A DNA stretch of 64,000 nt from Candidatus Eiseniibacteriota bacterium. GTDB taxonomy: Bacteria; Eisenbacteria; RBG-16-71-46; JABDJR01. Position 1 is the first letter of the stretch; the number at the start of each line of letters is the position of its first letter. The notes under the pieces were generated by a model that was given only the letters and a program-made list of their open reading frames with translations, did not search any database and was not told where the DNA came from. The position numbers were made by a program, and so were the translations under genes. The DNA is taken from assembly GCA_963762255.1 (NCBI GenBank), contig CAVXKA010000003.1, positions 128,001 through 192,000 on the forward strand, in the 5' to 3' direction. This document shows, piece after piece, positions 18,145-31,200 of this stretch.

Positions 18145-19812
18145 CTACCCCTCCACCATCGGCATCCGTATCCCCTTCGCCTTCGCGACCGCGATCGCCT
18201 CGTCGTACCCCGCGTCGGCGTGGCGCACCACACCGGTGCCGGGATCGTTGGTGAGCACACGCTCGAGCCGTTGCGCGGCGTCCTCGGTGCCGTCCGCCAC
18301 GATGACCATCCCCGCATGCAGCGACAATCCGATCCCCACACCGCCGCCGTGATGGAAGGAAACCCAGGTCGCACCGGACGCGGTATTGAGCAACGCGTTC
18401 AGGATCGGCCAGTCCGCGACCGCGTCCGAACCGTCCTTCATCGCTTCCGTCTCGCGATAGGGACTCGCCACCGAACCGGTATCCAGATGATCGCGCCCGA
18501 TCGCGATCGGCGCTTTCACGCGCCCGCTCTTGACGAGATCGTTGAAGAGGAGCCCCGCCTTGGCGCGGTCGCCGTAGCCGAGCCAGCAGATCCGCGCGGG
18601 CAACCCCTGAAAGTGCACGTGCTTCGTCGCGAGCGGCAACCATCGCGCGAGCACCTTGTCCTTCGGAAACGCGGCCAGGAGCGCCTCGTCGGTGGCGCGG
18701 ATGTCCTCGGGATCGCCCGACAACGCCACCCAGCGGAACGGGCCTTTGCCCTCGCAGAAGAGCGGCCGGATGAACGCCGGCACGAAGCCAGGATAGTCGA
18801 ACGCGTTCGCCACACCCGCCTTCTCGGCCTGCCCGCGCAGGTTGTTGCCGTAGTCGAAGACGGTGGCGCCGCGCTTCTGGAACTCGAGCATCGCCCGGCA
18901 GTGCACCGCCATCGACTCCATCGAGCGCTTGACGTAGGTCTTGGGATCGCTCGCGCGCAGCCGCAGCGCCTGCTCGTACGACATGCCGTGCGGCACGTAG
19001 CCGTTCAATTCATCGTGCGCCGAGGTCTGGTCGGTCACGTAGTCGGCCGCGAACCCGCGCAGGACGAGTTCCGGCAGGATGATCGCCGCGTTCCCGTGTA
19101 CCGCCACCGAGTAGGGCCGCTTCTCCTTGCGCGCGGCTTCGACGCGCGCGATCGCCTCGTTGAGCGTCTCCACCGCCTCCATGCAGTAGCCGGTGGCGAT
19201 GCGCCGATCGATGCGATCGCGATCCACCTCCACCGCAAGACATACGCCGCCGTTCATGGTGACGGAGAGCGGCTGCGCGCCGCCCATGCCCCCGAGACCC
19301 GCCGTCACCAGCACCTGCCCCGCCATGTCGCCACCCGCGCGCTGCCGCGCCGCCTCGGCGAAGGTCTCGAAGGTCCCCTGCACGATTCCCTGCGTGCCGA
19401 TATAGATCCACGACCCCGCGGTCATCTGCCCGTACATCATGAGGCCCTTCGCCTCGAGGTCGCGGAAGTGCTCCCACGTCGCCCACTTCCCCACCAGGTT
19501 CGAGTTGGCGATGAGCACGCGCGGCGCGCCGGCGTGCGTGCGGAAGACGGCGACCGGCTTGCCGCTCTGCACGAGCAGGGTCTCGTCGGCGGCCAGCGTC
19601 TTGAGGGTACGGACGATCGCGTCGAAGGCCGCCCAGCTTCGCGCGGCGCGACCGGTACCGCCGTAGACAACCAGATCGTCAGGACGCTCGGCCACGTCCG
19701 GATCGAGGTTGTTCATGAGCATGCGCATGGCCGCTTCCTGCGGCCAGCCCTTGCAGGTGATGGCGGCGCCGCGCGGGGCGCGGACGGTGCGAGCGGTGGC
19801 GGTCGAGGTCAT
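18145..19812 (-). CDS. hutU: Urocanate hydratase
   Basis: [44 protein letters not shown] and HHGGGVG motifs. Confidence 0.98.
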   Translation of the reverse strand: MTSTATARTVRAPRGAAITCKGWPQEAAMRMLMNNLDPDVAERPDDLVVYGGTGRAARSWAAFDAIVRTLKTLAADETLLVQSGKPVAVFRTHAGAPRVLIANSNLVGKWATWEHFRDLEAKGLMMYGQMTAGSWIYIGTQGIVQGTFETFAEAARQRAGGDMAGQVLVTAGLGGMGGAQPLSVTMNGGVCLAVEVDRDRIDRRIATGYCMEAVETLNEAIARVEAARKEKRPYSVAVHGNAAIILPELVLRGFAADYVTDQTSAHDELNGYVPHGMSYEQALRLRASDPKTYVKRSMESMAVHCRAMLEFQKRGATVFDYGNNLRGQAEKAGVANAFDYPGFVPAFIRPLFCEGKGPFRWVALSGDPEDIRATDEALLAAFPKDKVLARWLPLATKHVHFQGLPARICWLGYGDRAKAGLLFNDLVKSGRVKAPIAIGRDHLDTGSVASPYRETEAMKDGSDAVADWPILNALLNTASGATWVSFHHGGGVGIGLSLHAGMVIVADGTEDAAQRLERVLTNDPGTGVVRHADAGYDEAIAVAKAKGIRMPMVEG

Positions 19813-21941
19813 GTCGGGTCTCCTTGTCGCGAAAGCTTGCGGGCGCGCCGGGGCTTGGCGGGCGCTGTCGCCGGCACCGCGGCCGGCGCCCGCAACTCCT
19901 CCGGCGCATGCGCCCCGCTATTCCACCACGAAGCGGCCGCCCGCGCCAGCGCCGCGCCGTCCTCCACCGAGGTCACCGGCAGCGGAAGCGCGTCGCGGAA
20001 GCGGCCGCCGTAGTTCTTGCTCAAGAGCCTCGTGTCGAGCACGGCGACGATGCCGCGGTCGGCGCGACGACGGATCAACCGCCCGAAGCCCTGCTTGAAG
20101 CGCAGCACCGCTTCGGGAAGGTAGAGGTCCGTGAACGGGTTGCCCCCTTCTGCCTCCAGCCGCTCCGCGCGCGCCTGATAGCGCGGTTCGGTGGGCACGC
20201 CGAACGGAAGGCGGGTCAGCACCAGCACCTCGAGATCGTCGCCGGGAAGGTCCACCCCTTCCCAGAAGCTTGCGGTGCCGAGCAAGAGCGCGCGCTCGGC
20301 GCGGCGGAACGCCGTGAGCACGTCGCTCGCGGTGCCGTGCTCGCCCTGCGCGAAGACCTCGTAGGCGGATCCGCCCACCAGCGCGCGCACCGCGTCGAGA
20401 TCGCGATACGACGTGAAGAGCGCCATCGTCTTGCGCGCCGGATCGTGCATGAGAGCGTCCAGCGTCTGTGCGGTGGCCTCGGCCCACCCCGGCTCGCGCG
20501 GATCGGGGCCTCGCCGCACTGCCAACGCCAGCGCCTGAGTCGTGAAATCGAAGGGCGAAGGATACGCGATGGCGGGAAGGGCGCCCTCGAAGCCGACCTC
20601 GCGCGAGAAGTAGTTGAAGTCCTTCCCGGCGGCGAGCGTGGCCGAAGTGAAGACGAGCCGCTCCGGCCCGTTCGCGAGCGCCGCCGCCACGCGCGGTCCT
20701 GCCTCGAGCGGCGACGCGTTCAGCGAGAACCCGTCCTCCGACCACTCCTTCCAGTGGACGCGCTCGCGATCCTGCGGATCGGGATGGAGGAGCACGTCCA
20801 TGTCCTTGCGCAGCGCGTCCACCTCCCCCTGGAAGCGGTCGATCTCGGCGAGGAACGCTCCCTCGCTTTCGCTCTCCACACCGTTGCCGTCCAGGTACGA
20901 AGCGAGCGCGCCGGCGTCCGCGGAAAGCGTGCCCAACGCGTGGAACACCGGCTCCGCATCGAGCGGGCAGAGCGCGGCCAACTCCTCGGGATCGCTATAG
21001 CGGCGGCGGTCGTCCCCGTTGCCGCGCGCGCCGTTCTTCTTGCCGAACCACTCGCGGGCGATGCGCTCGGCGGTCGAGAGCGAGCGGTGCACCGCCACGA
21101 GCCGCGACGCCCCCTCGCCGGAGCGCGCAACCTCGGGAAGGCCCCCACCGCCGCCGGGCGACGCGTCCACCAGCGACTGCAACCGCGACGGCCCCGCCGC
21201 GACCGTCAGGTGATCGATCGCCACCCGCACGAACGCGTGCGCCTCGTCCACGATCAACGCGGGGAACTCCGGGAGCACGTCTCCTTCGCCGAAGAGGTGC
21301 GTCGCGAGAAGCGCGTGGTTCACCACGAGGAGATCCGCAGTACCCGCGCGCGCGCGAGCCTGCTTGAAGAAGCAACCCGACTGCGGCGAGCACGCGGAGC
21401 CGCGACAGAAGCGCGGTTCGCTGGCCGCGTGGAGGGCCAGGAACTTGAGATCCCGCGCGCCGCGCTCGCCGCAGGTGCCGAAGTCGCCGGTCTCGGTGCG
21501 CTCCACCCAGGGGCGGATGCGCTCCAGGAGGCGCTGCGTGCCCTCGGTGGTCGCGTCGCGGACGGCCGCTTCGTAGCGGCGTCGGCAGAGATAGTTCGCG
21601 CGCCCCTTCAGGAGAAAGACGCGCAGGTCCGGACCGACCGCGAGCCTGAGCCGCGGCGCCTCCAGGTCGAGGAGTTGGTTCTGCAGCGCCTTGGTGTGGG
21701 TGGAGACCACGACCGGGCCGTGTCCTTCCGCCGCCCAGAGTGCCGCGGGGAGTCCATAGGCGAGCGACTTACCGATGCCGGTGGGCGCCTCCACCGCAAG
21801 TCGTCCGCCGTCCTCGAAGAGGCGCGCGATCTCAAGCGCGAGCTCCCGCTGGAACGGGCGGTCCTCATACGGGGCAAGCGCCGCGGCGAGGACGCCGTCG
21901 GGACCGAGGAGATCCGGCACCTGCTCCGCGTTGTAGCTCAT
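19809..21941 (-). CDS. dinG: DinG/YoaA-family ATP-dependent DNA helicase
   Basis: [17 protein letters not shown], Fe-S cysteines, VVNHALL, VDEAH, TSATL, FWEGVD and QGFGRLIR motifs. Confidence 0.92.
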   Translation of the reverse strand: MSYNAEQVPDLLGPDGVLAAALAPYEDRPFQRELALEIARLFEDGGRLAVEAPTGIGKSLAYGLPAALWAAEGHGPVVVSTHTKALQNQLLDLEAPRLRLAVGPDLRVFLLKGRANYLCRRRYEAAVRDATTEGTQRLLERIRPWVERTETGDFGTCGERGARDLKFLALHAASEPRFCRGSACSPQSGCFFKQARARAGTADLLVVNHALLATHLFGEGDVLPEFPALIVDEAHAFVRVAIDHLTVAAGPSRLQSLVDASPGGGGGLPEVARSGEGASRLVAVHRSLSTAERIAREWFGKKNGARGNGDDRRRYSDPEELAALCPLDAEPVFHALGTLSADAGALASYLDGNGVESESEGAFLAEIDRFQGEVDALRKDMDVLLHPDPQDRERVHWKEWSEDGFSLNASPLEAGPRVAAALANGPERLVFTSATLAAGKDFNYFSREVGFEGALPAIAYPSPFDFTTQALALAVRRGPDPREPGWAEATAQTLDALMHDPARKTMALFTSYRDLDAVRALVGGSAYEVFAQGEHGTASDVLTAFRRAERALLLGTASFWEGVDLPGDDLEVLVLTRLPFGVPTEPRYQARAERLEAEGGNPFTDLYLPEAVLRFKQGFGRLIRRRADRGIVAVLDTRLLSKNYGGRFRDALPLPVTSVEDGAALARAAASWWNSGAHAPEELRAPAAVPATAPAKPRRARKLSRQGDPT

Positions 21942-21974
21942 CGTTCCGCCCGTCCCGCGCACAACCGCGTCATC

Positions 21975-24134
<2,160 letters not shown>

Positions 24135-24141
24135 TCAATCC

Positions 24142-25191
24142 ATGAGCCGTCATCACCTCGCCCCGTCCGCTCCCCGGTCCCTTGCGGCGGCCGTGCTCCT
24201 GATCGCCCTCATGGTCGCCGGTTCGGCCTCGGCGGCGGTGGCGGCCTCCCTGAGCGGCGGCTACCGCCCCGACTCCACCTGCACCGGCGATCGCGCGCTC
24301 CATCCCAGCGAGCCCTCGGCCAAGCAGGCGATCGCCTCCTCCGACGTCATCTTTGTGGGCAATCCGTTCGCCGTGCACGATCCGGTGCCGCTCTCGGTTC
24401 AGCTCCCCGAAGACGAGATGGTGATCGACATCGGTTTCCAGGTGCTGCGCGCCTGGAAGGGCGGGGTAGCGGACACGGTCTGGGTACGCACGATGCGTAA
24501 CCCGCAATCGGGCGGATGGGCCATCGGAACCGAGTTCACCTACCTCGTGTACGCGCGCCGTTACGGGGACGTGATCTGGACCGACGCGTGCAGCCGATCG
24601 CGGCTCGCGCGTAATTCCGAGACCGACCTCTACTACCTCGGCAAGCCGACCTTCGACGACGGCTCGGGCGGAGTGCCGGAAGTCACGATCGAGACGCTCC
24701 TCCAGACGGTGCGGGACAACACAGGAACCCGACGCCTCCTGGCCATGCAAGCCGTGTCGCACATCACGGAGGAAGCCGCGCGTGTCCTTCCCGTGCTGAC
24801 GGAGGTCTACCGCACCGGGCGCGGCTCCGAGCGCTCGGAGGCGCTCAACGCGATCGGCAACATGGGCGCGCAGGGTCGCGGCGGGGTGCCGCTCTTGCTG
24901 GAAGCCTCGGCGGATACCACCGCGTACATCCGTCAGGCTGCAGCCGGCGCGCTGGGGCAGATCGGCGATGACTCCCCCGAGGTCGTGGACGCGCTGGTGC
25001 GGCTGACCGCGGATCCCGAGACCGTAGTGCGGGGAATGGCGGCGCGCGCGCTGGGGCGGATCGGCGTCGGCGGCGAGAAGGTGATCGCCGCGCTCAAGCC
25101 GCTCCTCGATGACCGCGCCCGTTTCTGCCGCGAGTCGGCACAGGCCGCACTTGACTCGATCGCCGAGAAGGCGCAGAAGCAGTCGCGCTAG
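24142..25191 (+). CDS. Secreted protein with a TIMP/NTR-like domain and HEAT repeats
   Basis: Signal peptide; SDVIFVG...FQVLRAWKG...YLVYA...CSRS resembles bacterial TIMP-like domains; C-terminal repeats of the form R..AA.ALG.IG. Confidence 0.7.
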   Translation: MSRHHLAPSAPRSLAAAVLLIALMVAGSASAAVAASLSGGYRPDSTCTGDRALHPSEPSAKQAIASSDVIFVGNPFAVHDPVPLSVQLPEDEMVIDIGFQVLRAWKGGVADTVWVRTMRNPQSGGWAIGTEFTYLVYARRYGDVIWTDACSRSRLARNSETDLYYLGKPTFDDGSGGVPEVTIETLLQTVRDNTGTRRLLAMQAVSHITEEAARVLPVLTEVYRTGRGSERSEALNAIGNMGAQGRGGVPLLLEASADTTAYIRQAAAGALGQIGDDSPEVVDALVRLTADPETVVRGMAARALGRIGVGGEKVIAALKPLLDDRARFCRESAQAALDSIAEKAQKQSR

Positions 25192-25289
25192 TCGCGCGGC
25201 GGGTTGCGCCGCTTCGCGTCTCGCCCGTCGCCCTCGCCGACGGGTCCCCCGCTTCGCGGCCCGTCGGACTGCGGTCGACGGGCGTGCCT

Positions 25290-26588
25290 CTACGCGGCGC
25301 GATGATCACCCGGGTGGGCATCAATCCCGGAACCGCGCCGCAGCGGCCATCCCTCGCTGCCGCCGGCCCGCGCGTGAATCATCCCGTGGCACGAGCTGCA
25401 CAGCGTGATCAGGTTGTCAGGATGATTGGCGCCACCGTTCGTGCGCGGCACGACGTGATGCACGTCCAGGAAACGCGCGCTGCCGCATCCCGCGGTGCGA
25501 CAGCGGTGACCGTCTCGCGCCAGAACCTCACGCCTCACGGACGGCGGGATCGTTGCGTGGTTCTTCTCCCCCTTCCGATCCACGCGCGCGTCGCAGAGCG
25601 CGGTTTCGAGCGTCTTCGGCGAGACGGGCAATGGGCCGCGCCCGGTGGCGATCTCCGCGCGGCCACACGTCTCACACTGGCGGATCACGATCTGATAGCG
25701 CGGCTCCGATCGGGCTTCACGTCCACGGGTTTCGCGGACAGTTGCGGGTTGGTCTTCACCGCCAGATCCGGTTTCGACAGCGGACTTGCTCATCCGGGTG
25801 AGCATTTCCCATGCAGCGAGGAACAACTCTTCTCGCGCTCCGTGCGCCCCGGTCTTGCGTGCCTTCTCGAGGATCGCTTCGTACCGCGCGTACTGCTCGG
25901 GTGAAAGCGTGAACGACACCGTGACCGGGACTTCGACCGCCGGGTTCACGACCGCGCCCACAGCTCCGTCCGCCGCGTCATAGGTCCCGGCCGCCAACCC
26001 ATTCGCCGGGCCATCCACGCCATTGGCCACCAGCAGCTCCCCCTGCCCCGGCGCGCGCCGCCGGACCCTCGCCGCGCCCTGCGTCACCGCTATCCGCCGC
26101 TCCAACTCCCGCCGGCCCGTGCTCTGCGCCTGTTCGACCCAGAACCGTTCCGTCTCCGGCGTGGCCACCTTCACGACCTCCCGGGCCTTCGTCCACGGGA
26201 CCGCTCCCGACGCGACCGACTCCTTCAACGCCGGCAGCGCATCGAATGCCCGGCACAGTCGCAGGAAGTACGCGGTGCGCGCCCGCGAGAACCCGAGCCG
26301 CTCATGGGCATAGTGATAGATGCTCGAGCAGCCCAGCTCCAGGTAGAGCTTCCGGCTCAGGATCTCCCCGAACCAGATCACCGCGTTCTTGCGCGCGGCG
26401 TCCAGATCGCTCAGCGCGGCAACCAGACGCGCTTCGACCTCGGCTGCGGGGAGCGGTCGGCCAGACGCAGATTCCGCGGAGTCGGCGAGGGGCGAAAGGT
26501 TCTGGACCCCGGTGCTCACCTCAGCGAGCAGGGTCTCAACAGCCGGAGCAGCGGCGTCAGCATGCAGTGCGACAGTGTCAGCGGACAT
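25290..26588 (-). CDS. HNH endonuclease with a long N-terminal (DUF222-like) region
   Basis: C-terminal CRTAGC...LDVHHVVPRTNGGANHPDNLITLCSSCHGMIH, preceded by CETC and LCDA. The N-terminal region is helical (VPWTKAREV). Confidence 0.88.
   Translation of the reverse strand: MSADTVALHADAAAPAVETLLAEVSTGVQNLSPLADSAESASGRPLPAAEVEARLVAALSDLDAARKNAVIWFGEILSRKLYLELGCSSIYHYAHERLGFSRARTAYFLRLCRAFDALPALKESVASGAVPWTKAREVVKVATPETERFWVEQAQSTGRRELERRIAVTQGAARVRRRAPGQGELLVANGVDGPANGLAAGTYDAADGAVGAVVNPAVEVPVTVSFTLSPEQYARYEAILEKARKTGAHGAREELFLAAWEMLTRMSKSAVETGSGGEDQPATVRETRGREARSEPRYQIVIRQCETCGRAEIATGRGPLPVSPKTLETALCDARVDRKGEKNHATIPPSVRREVLARDGHRCRTAGCGSARFLDVHHVVPRTNGGANHPDNLITLCSSCHGMIHARAGGSEGWPLRRGSGIDAHPGDHRAA
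25302..25321. repeat. Palindromic repeat copy 3 (ATGATCACCCGGGTGGGCAT)
   Basis: 18/20 match to the consensus; lies in the last codons of the HNH gene. Confidence 0.85.
25786..25805. repeat. Palindromic repeat copy 4 (TTGCTCATCCGGGTGAGCAT)
   Basis: 18/20 match; inside the HNH gene, in the linker before the HNH domain (encodes MLTRMSK). Confidence 0.85.
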
Positions 26589-26641
26589 GACGGTCCCTCC
26601 GTGGACGGGTGGAAGGACGGGGGAAGTGGGCGGGCAAGGAC

Positions 26642-26670
26642 AATCTATCGCGACGGTAGAGATACGTCAA
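26642..26670 (-). promoter_or_regulatory. Sigma70-type promoter of the HNH gene
   Basis: Minus strand TTGACG-17 nt-TAGATT with an AT-rich tract upstream. An inverted repeat CGTCA-N9-TGACG (26665-26683) overlaps the -35 box. Confidence 0.7.
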
Positions 26671-26705
26671 TAATAAAATGACGACATCGACAACAAAATC
26701 TCACT

Positions 26706-26725
26706 ATGCTCACCCGGGTGATCAA
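26706..26725. repeat. Palindromic repeat copy 5 (ATGCTCACCCGGGTGATCAA)
   Basis: 18/20 match; intergenic, upstream of the HNH promoter. Confidence 0.87.
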
Positions 26726-26757
26726 CAGTCGCTGAAGCGCCTGCGCCGATCGCGCAA

Positions 26758-28275
26758 CTAGAACGCCGCGTCGAGTCGCAGATGGATGCGTCCGTCGAGC
26801 GGGCTCTCTCCCTTGGCCACGCCGTACTCGATCCCGAGCAGGCCGAGCTTGCTCGCTTGCCGCACTCCCACGCCGGTCCCCAGAAGGAACGTGCGGAAGC
26901 TATCGCGCAGTTCCTGTCCGTGGCGAGGTGAGATGAGGGCGGCGTCGGCGAAGAGGTAGAGCGCGGACCCTCGGGCATCTGCGAGCCAACGCCATTCCGC
27001 CTGAACGAGCCAGGCCGCCGGCGTCAGGAACTGCTCCTCGCGGTAGCCGCGCAACGAGGACGCCCCGCCCACCGCGAAGAGGTCGTAGCGCGCGAGCGAA
27101 TCCTCCGGAGTGTCGAGGTACTCGAACGATCCGCGCAGGGCGAGAAGCCACTGCCGTCCCGCGCGGCGATACGCCTCGGCGCCCGCCGTCCAGCGCGTGC
27201 GGTCGATGCGCACCTCGAGCGAGTCCCGCGCCGCCGCGAAGCTCTTCTGGCCCCGCCGGCTCTCCAGGAAAACGCGCCCGCCCGCCGTGGGCACCAGCTG
27301 GGAATTCCGCCGGTCCCACTCCACGCCGAGGATATAGAAACCCTCGGTGACGGTGCCGACATCGGAGGCGGTTTCGACGGCCTGAGTTCCTCCCCGACCC
27401 ACCCGGAATCGCCACCCGCCCGACCGATCCAGGTTGGCCGCAACTTCCCATTTCGTATACGAATAGACGCCCTGGTTCACGTCATGGGTGAGGCTGCCCT
27501 GCACGCCGATCGGGATCAGCGGCAACCACGGCTCGTGATAGCTCAAGGCGAACCGGCTCAAGCCGTCGCCACGGTCCTCCCAACGCCCGGTGGCGCGGCG
27601 CGCGGTGCCGGCGATGTTGGCCAGATCGAGATCGACAAGTCCGGTGACCCGCGAGTCGCGGCCGCTCACTCCCAGCACACCGGCGAAGCGCGTGAAGGGC
27701 GGTTCGGTCACCGGCACTTCGAGAAGCACGTCGTCGGGCGTGCCGCCCGGGTTCAGCCTCACCTCTCCGACCGAGAGGAAGAGACCGGAGCGGGCGAGAG
27801 CTTCCGCGAGCGCGCGATCCTGTCGGCCGGTGTAGGGCTCGCCGATCCGCACGCCGGCGACGCGCAGCGCGGTGGCGGGGCGCGTCACCTTGCCGCCGGT
27901 GAGAAGCAGACCTGCCACGCGCGCCTTGGGACCTACATCCAGCGTGACGGTTCCCTCCAGCCGGCCATCGCGCAGGTCGAAGGAACCCGGCGAGGCCTCT
28001 GCGAAGGGGTACCCGATGTCGGAGAGCCACGCGAGCGCGCGGCGGAGCGCGGGGCCGATCGGCGCGTCGCTCACAGGCCGTCCTTCGAGATCGAGCGATC
28101 GCGCCCATGCGATGCTGTCGATGGGAGCGGTCGTGACCAGGCGAAGTCTCCCCCACCGCAGCGGCTCGTCCGCTTTCGCAGCGTCGGCGCCGGCGAACGC
28201 GCCCGCCGGCACGGACGCGAGCAGCATCGCGACGGCTAACCCCCGCCGCACCGCGCACGAAGCGCCCGCGCGCAT
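26758..28275 (-). CDS. Omp85 (BamA/TamA-like) outer membrane protein
   Basis: POTRA-like motifs (GYPFAE, LARSGLF), barrel motif GGASSLRGYREEQF and a C-terminal Phe. Translationally coupled to the upstream gene by TGATG. Confidence 0.85.
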   Translation of the reverse strand: MRAGASCAVRRGLAVAMLLASVPAGAFAGADAAKADEPLRWGRLRLVTTAPIDSIAWARSLDLEGRPVSDAPIGPALRRALAWLSDIGYPFAEASPGSFDLRDGRLEGTVTLDVGPKARVAGLLLTGGKVTRPATALRVAGVRIGEPYTGRQDRALAEALARSGLFLSVGEVRLNPGGTPDDVLLEVPVTEPPFTRFAGVLGVSGRDSRVTGLVDLDLANIAGTARRATGRWEDRGDGLSRFALSYHEPWLPLIPIGVQGSLTHDVNQGVYSYTKWEVAANLDRSGGWRFRVGRGGTQAVETASDVGTVTEGFYILGVEWDRRNSQLVPTAGGRVFLESRRGQKSFAAARDSLEVRIDRTRWTAGAEAYRRAGRQWLLALRGSFEYLDTPEDSLARYDLFAVGGASSLRGYREEQFLTPAAWLVQAEWRWLADARGSALYLFADAALISPRHGQELRDSFRTFLLGTGVGVRQASKLGLLGIEYGVAKGESPLDGRIHLRLDAAF

Positions 28276-31200
28276 CAGAACGACCCCCGCACTTCGAGCC
28301 GTCCCTCGTGAAGCGCGCCCAGCCCGCGCGGATGATCGAGCGCGAGGGCGGCGGTGAGCACGACCCCTTCGCGCAGCCGCGCCTCGGCGAGGAGATCGAA
28401 TCGCCATCCTTCGCTCAGGGACGGCGCGCCCGGGCCGCGCACGCCGATGAAGCCTTGGCGGCGAAGCAACGTTGTGCGCGCGTAGCGCAGGTCGAGACGT
28501 CCGAAGCGAGACAGCGACCACTGCACACGCGGCCGCAGCACCCAGCCCGCGGCATCCCGATCGCGTCCCGTCTCCTCGCTGTAGGTGGCCTCGGCCGAGA
28601 CGCGACCGTTGCCCCCCGCCGCACCGATGCGCCGGCCGCCGCGCGCGGTGGCAGCGCGCAGGTCGGTGGTCTGCGCGAAGCGCCCATCGCCCCCGAGGTC
28701 CACCTCCTCGCGACGCGATCCCAGCGACCCTTCGATCTCCGCATCCCAACCCGGCCCCGGCGTGGCCCGCAGCGTGGCGGCGTAGGTATCGTCCCCGCTC
28801 GTCTCCACGAGCGCGTCCTCCCCCGCGCCGGGCGTACGCGCCACCCGGCGGTTCGCTTCCTGCCGCAGGCGCGCTCCGAACGCGCGGTTCAGCGGCAAGA
28901 GATCGATCGTCTGGCGCTCGTTCAGCCGCCCGTCCACCGTCGTACGTCGGCTCAGGTACGAGCTCGGCGAGAGGAAGTAGCGCGGCGTGACCAGCGGAAG
29001 GAGCGAGGCTTCGTTCAACGTGGCGAAACCCTCCCACGCGACCTTGCGCATCCAGGGCGCGACGCGCACATCCGGTCCCGGCGGCGACCAGCGCAAGCGC
29101 GTGGACATCTCCACCTGCCCCGTGAGCGTCTCCTCTCCGAGCGGCCCGTAGACGACGTCGTAGCCGCCGCCCGAGCCCACGTAGTTGCCGAAGCGATCGA
29201 AGTAGCCGGCGCTGTCGGAGACCGCGGGCACGATGGTCTTCGAGCGCCGCCGCACTCCCTCGGTGCCGATGTCCACGGTGAGGAGCCCGCTCCACGCGCC
29301 GCTCATCGCCCGATGGCGCAGGTCGAGCCGCCCGAGGTCGCGACGCTCGTCGCCGGAGCCGGCCGCATCCACGCGCCGCGCCTCGTAGCGCACGGCCGCG
29401 CTCACCGAGCGCAGGTCGGCGGTGAGCGAAGCGAAGAGGGTGCGCGCATCCTGGGTCTCGCGCCAATCGCCGGTCGCGGTCTGAAGCGAATCGTCGAGGC
29501 GCCTGCCCACCCCGATCTCCCACTCCACCGGCCACACGTCGCGCGGGAACAGCAGCGCGGCCTGCCAGTCGCGATGCCGCTCGCCCGCGCCGGTGGCCGC
29601 GCGGCGGCGCGTCTCGTTCGAGGCCTGGACGCGCGGTCGCACCCACCCCGCGCGCCAGTTCGCGTTGCCTTCCACGCGATCGAGTTCGCCTCGGCGGGTG
29701 CCCGCCTCATCGCGAGCGCTCGTCCACGCGACGCCGGCGCCGAGACGCGTGTCGCTCCAGTCCAAACCCTGTCGCTGGCGAAGCGCGGAGAACGTGTCGG
29801 CGAGCGCGAATCGTCCCCCCTCGGCGGACCAGCGCAGGCGATTTCTCCATCGCAGCTCGAAGGCGGCCTCGCCCAGGCTCTCATCGCGGATCTCCTCGGT
29901 GCCGGTGAGGTTCCACTGGCGCGCGAAGAACGCGGGGCGCAGGCGCGCGGGCGCGTCGAAACCCTGGCCGGTGCGCCGCACGCGGAATCGCGGCGTCCAT
30001 GCGAAGCCGCGGCCGAGGGAGCGCGCGCTCAGGTTTCCTTCTGCGAGGAACGCGCCTCCCTGGTTGTCGCCGTCATCGAGAGGGCTCAGCACGTTGCGGT
30101 CCGCGTTGGCGATCGCCCCTTCCACCGCGAGTCGTCCCGCCGCGCCGTTCAGGTCCCAGCGCAGGCTTCCCACCTCGCGGCGTTCGGGGGCGGGAAGGTT
30201 GCGCCGCACGACGTAGCTTCCTTCGCCTTCACCGACGAAACGGAACACGGTGCGTGTCGTCGCGATTTGCGTGTCGATCGCGTAGTCGCCGCGTCCTTCG
30301 CCCACGCTCACGAAGGTGACGTCGTACTCTCCCGCGCCGTCGAGGAACACGTAGATCTCGCGGCCGGTGGCGGGGTCCACCACGAGTCGATAGTCGCCGC
30401 CGTTGGGGCCGCGATACTTCGGGCCGCCGCTCGCGGAGGCGGAGTCCCCGAGCGCCGCGAGTTGGTCGCGTTCGGCCTCGCTGAGTTCCCCGCCGAAGGG
30501 ATCGTCGGCGCTGTCCCCCTCGCGAAAGTAGCCCGCGCGAAGGGCGCCGAAGCGCGCGTCGGAGCGCGACTCCCCTCCGGCAAAGGTCACGCGTCGCCGG
30601 TAGCGTGATGTGGCGAACTGATAGTCGACGGAGATCTGCGTGTTGGCGGTAACCGGGCGGCGGCCCGTGAACGTGATCTCGCCCAGGCCGTAGTCGATCA
30701 CGTAATCGTTCTCTTCGCCGCGCGCGAGCAGCGCGCCGTCGAACCAGATCTTCTCCGAGCCGGCCACCACCACGACCCCGATCGAGTCGGCGCGGTCGGT
30801 GAGGCGATACGGTCCTTGCTTGCCGTCCACGCCGAAGAACGAGAGGCTGGCGTACTCCCCTTTTGCGGAGGCCACCGCGCCGCGGGCGCGGCCGGGCCCC
30901 ACCGAGGCCTCGGCGGTGAACCCCTCCATCTCGCGCCGCACGTCGAGGAACGCGAGCCCCCCCACGGTGAGCGCCACGTCGCCCAGGTTCGCCTCCGCGC
31001 GCGGCGACTTGACCTGCACGAGGATGCGATCGATCTCCTCCAGCTCCGCGGTGTTTCCCTCCGGCTCGAACGGAATGTCCTGATCGGACAGGATGGCCAG
31101 GAGCGAGACATCGCGCGTCACCTGACCGGTAAGCTTGAGATCGAGGGTCTGGCGGAGTTTGAGATCGCTGCGGTTGCCGACCTCGATACCGAGCGTCTTG

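Noticed and set aside
25290-26588. HNH protein as an IscB, Cas9 or TnpB-like RNA-guided nuclease
   Set aside because: No PLMP motif, RuvC motifs or bridge helix were recognised; the HNH domain is C-terminal and stands alone.
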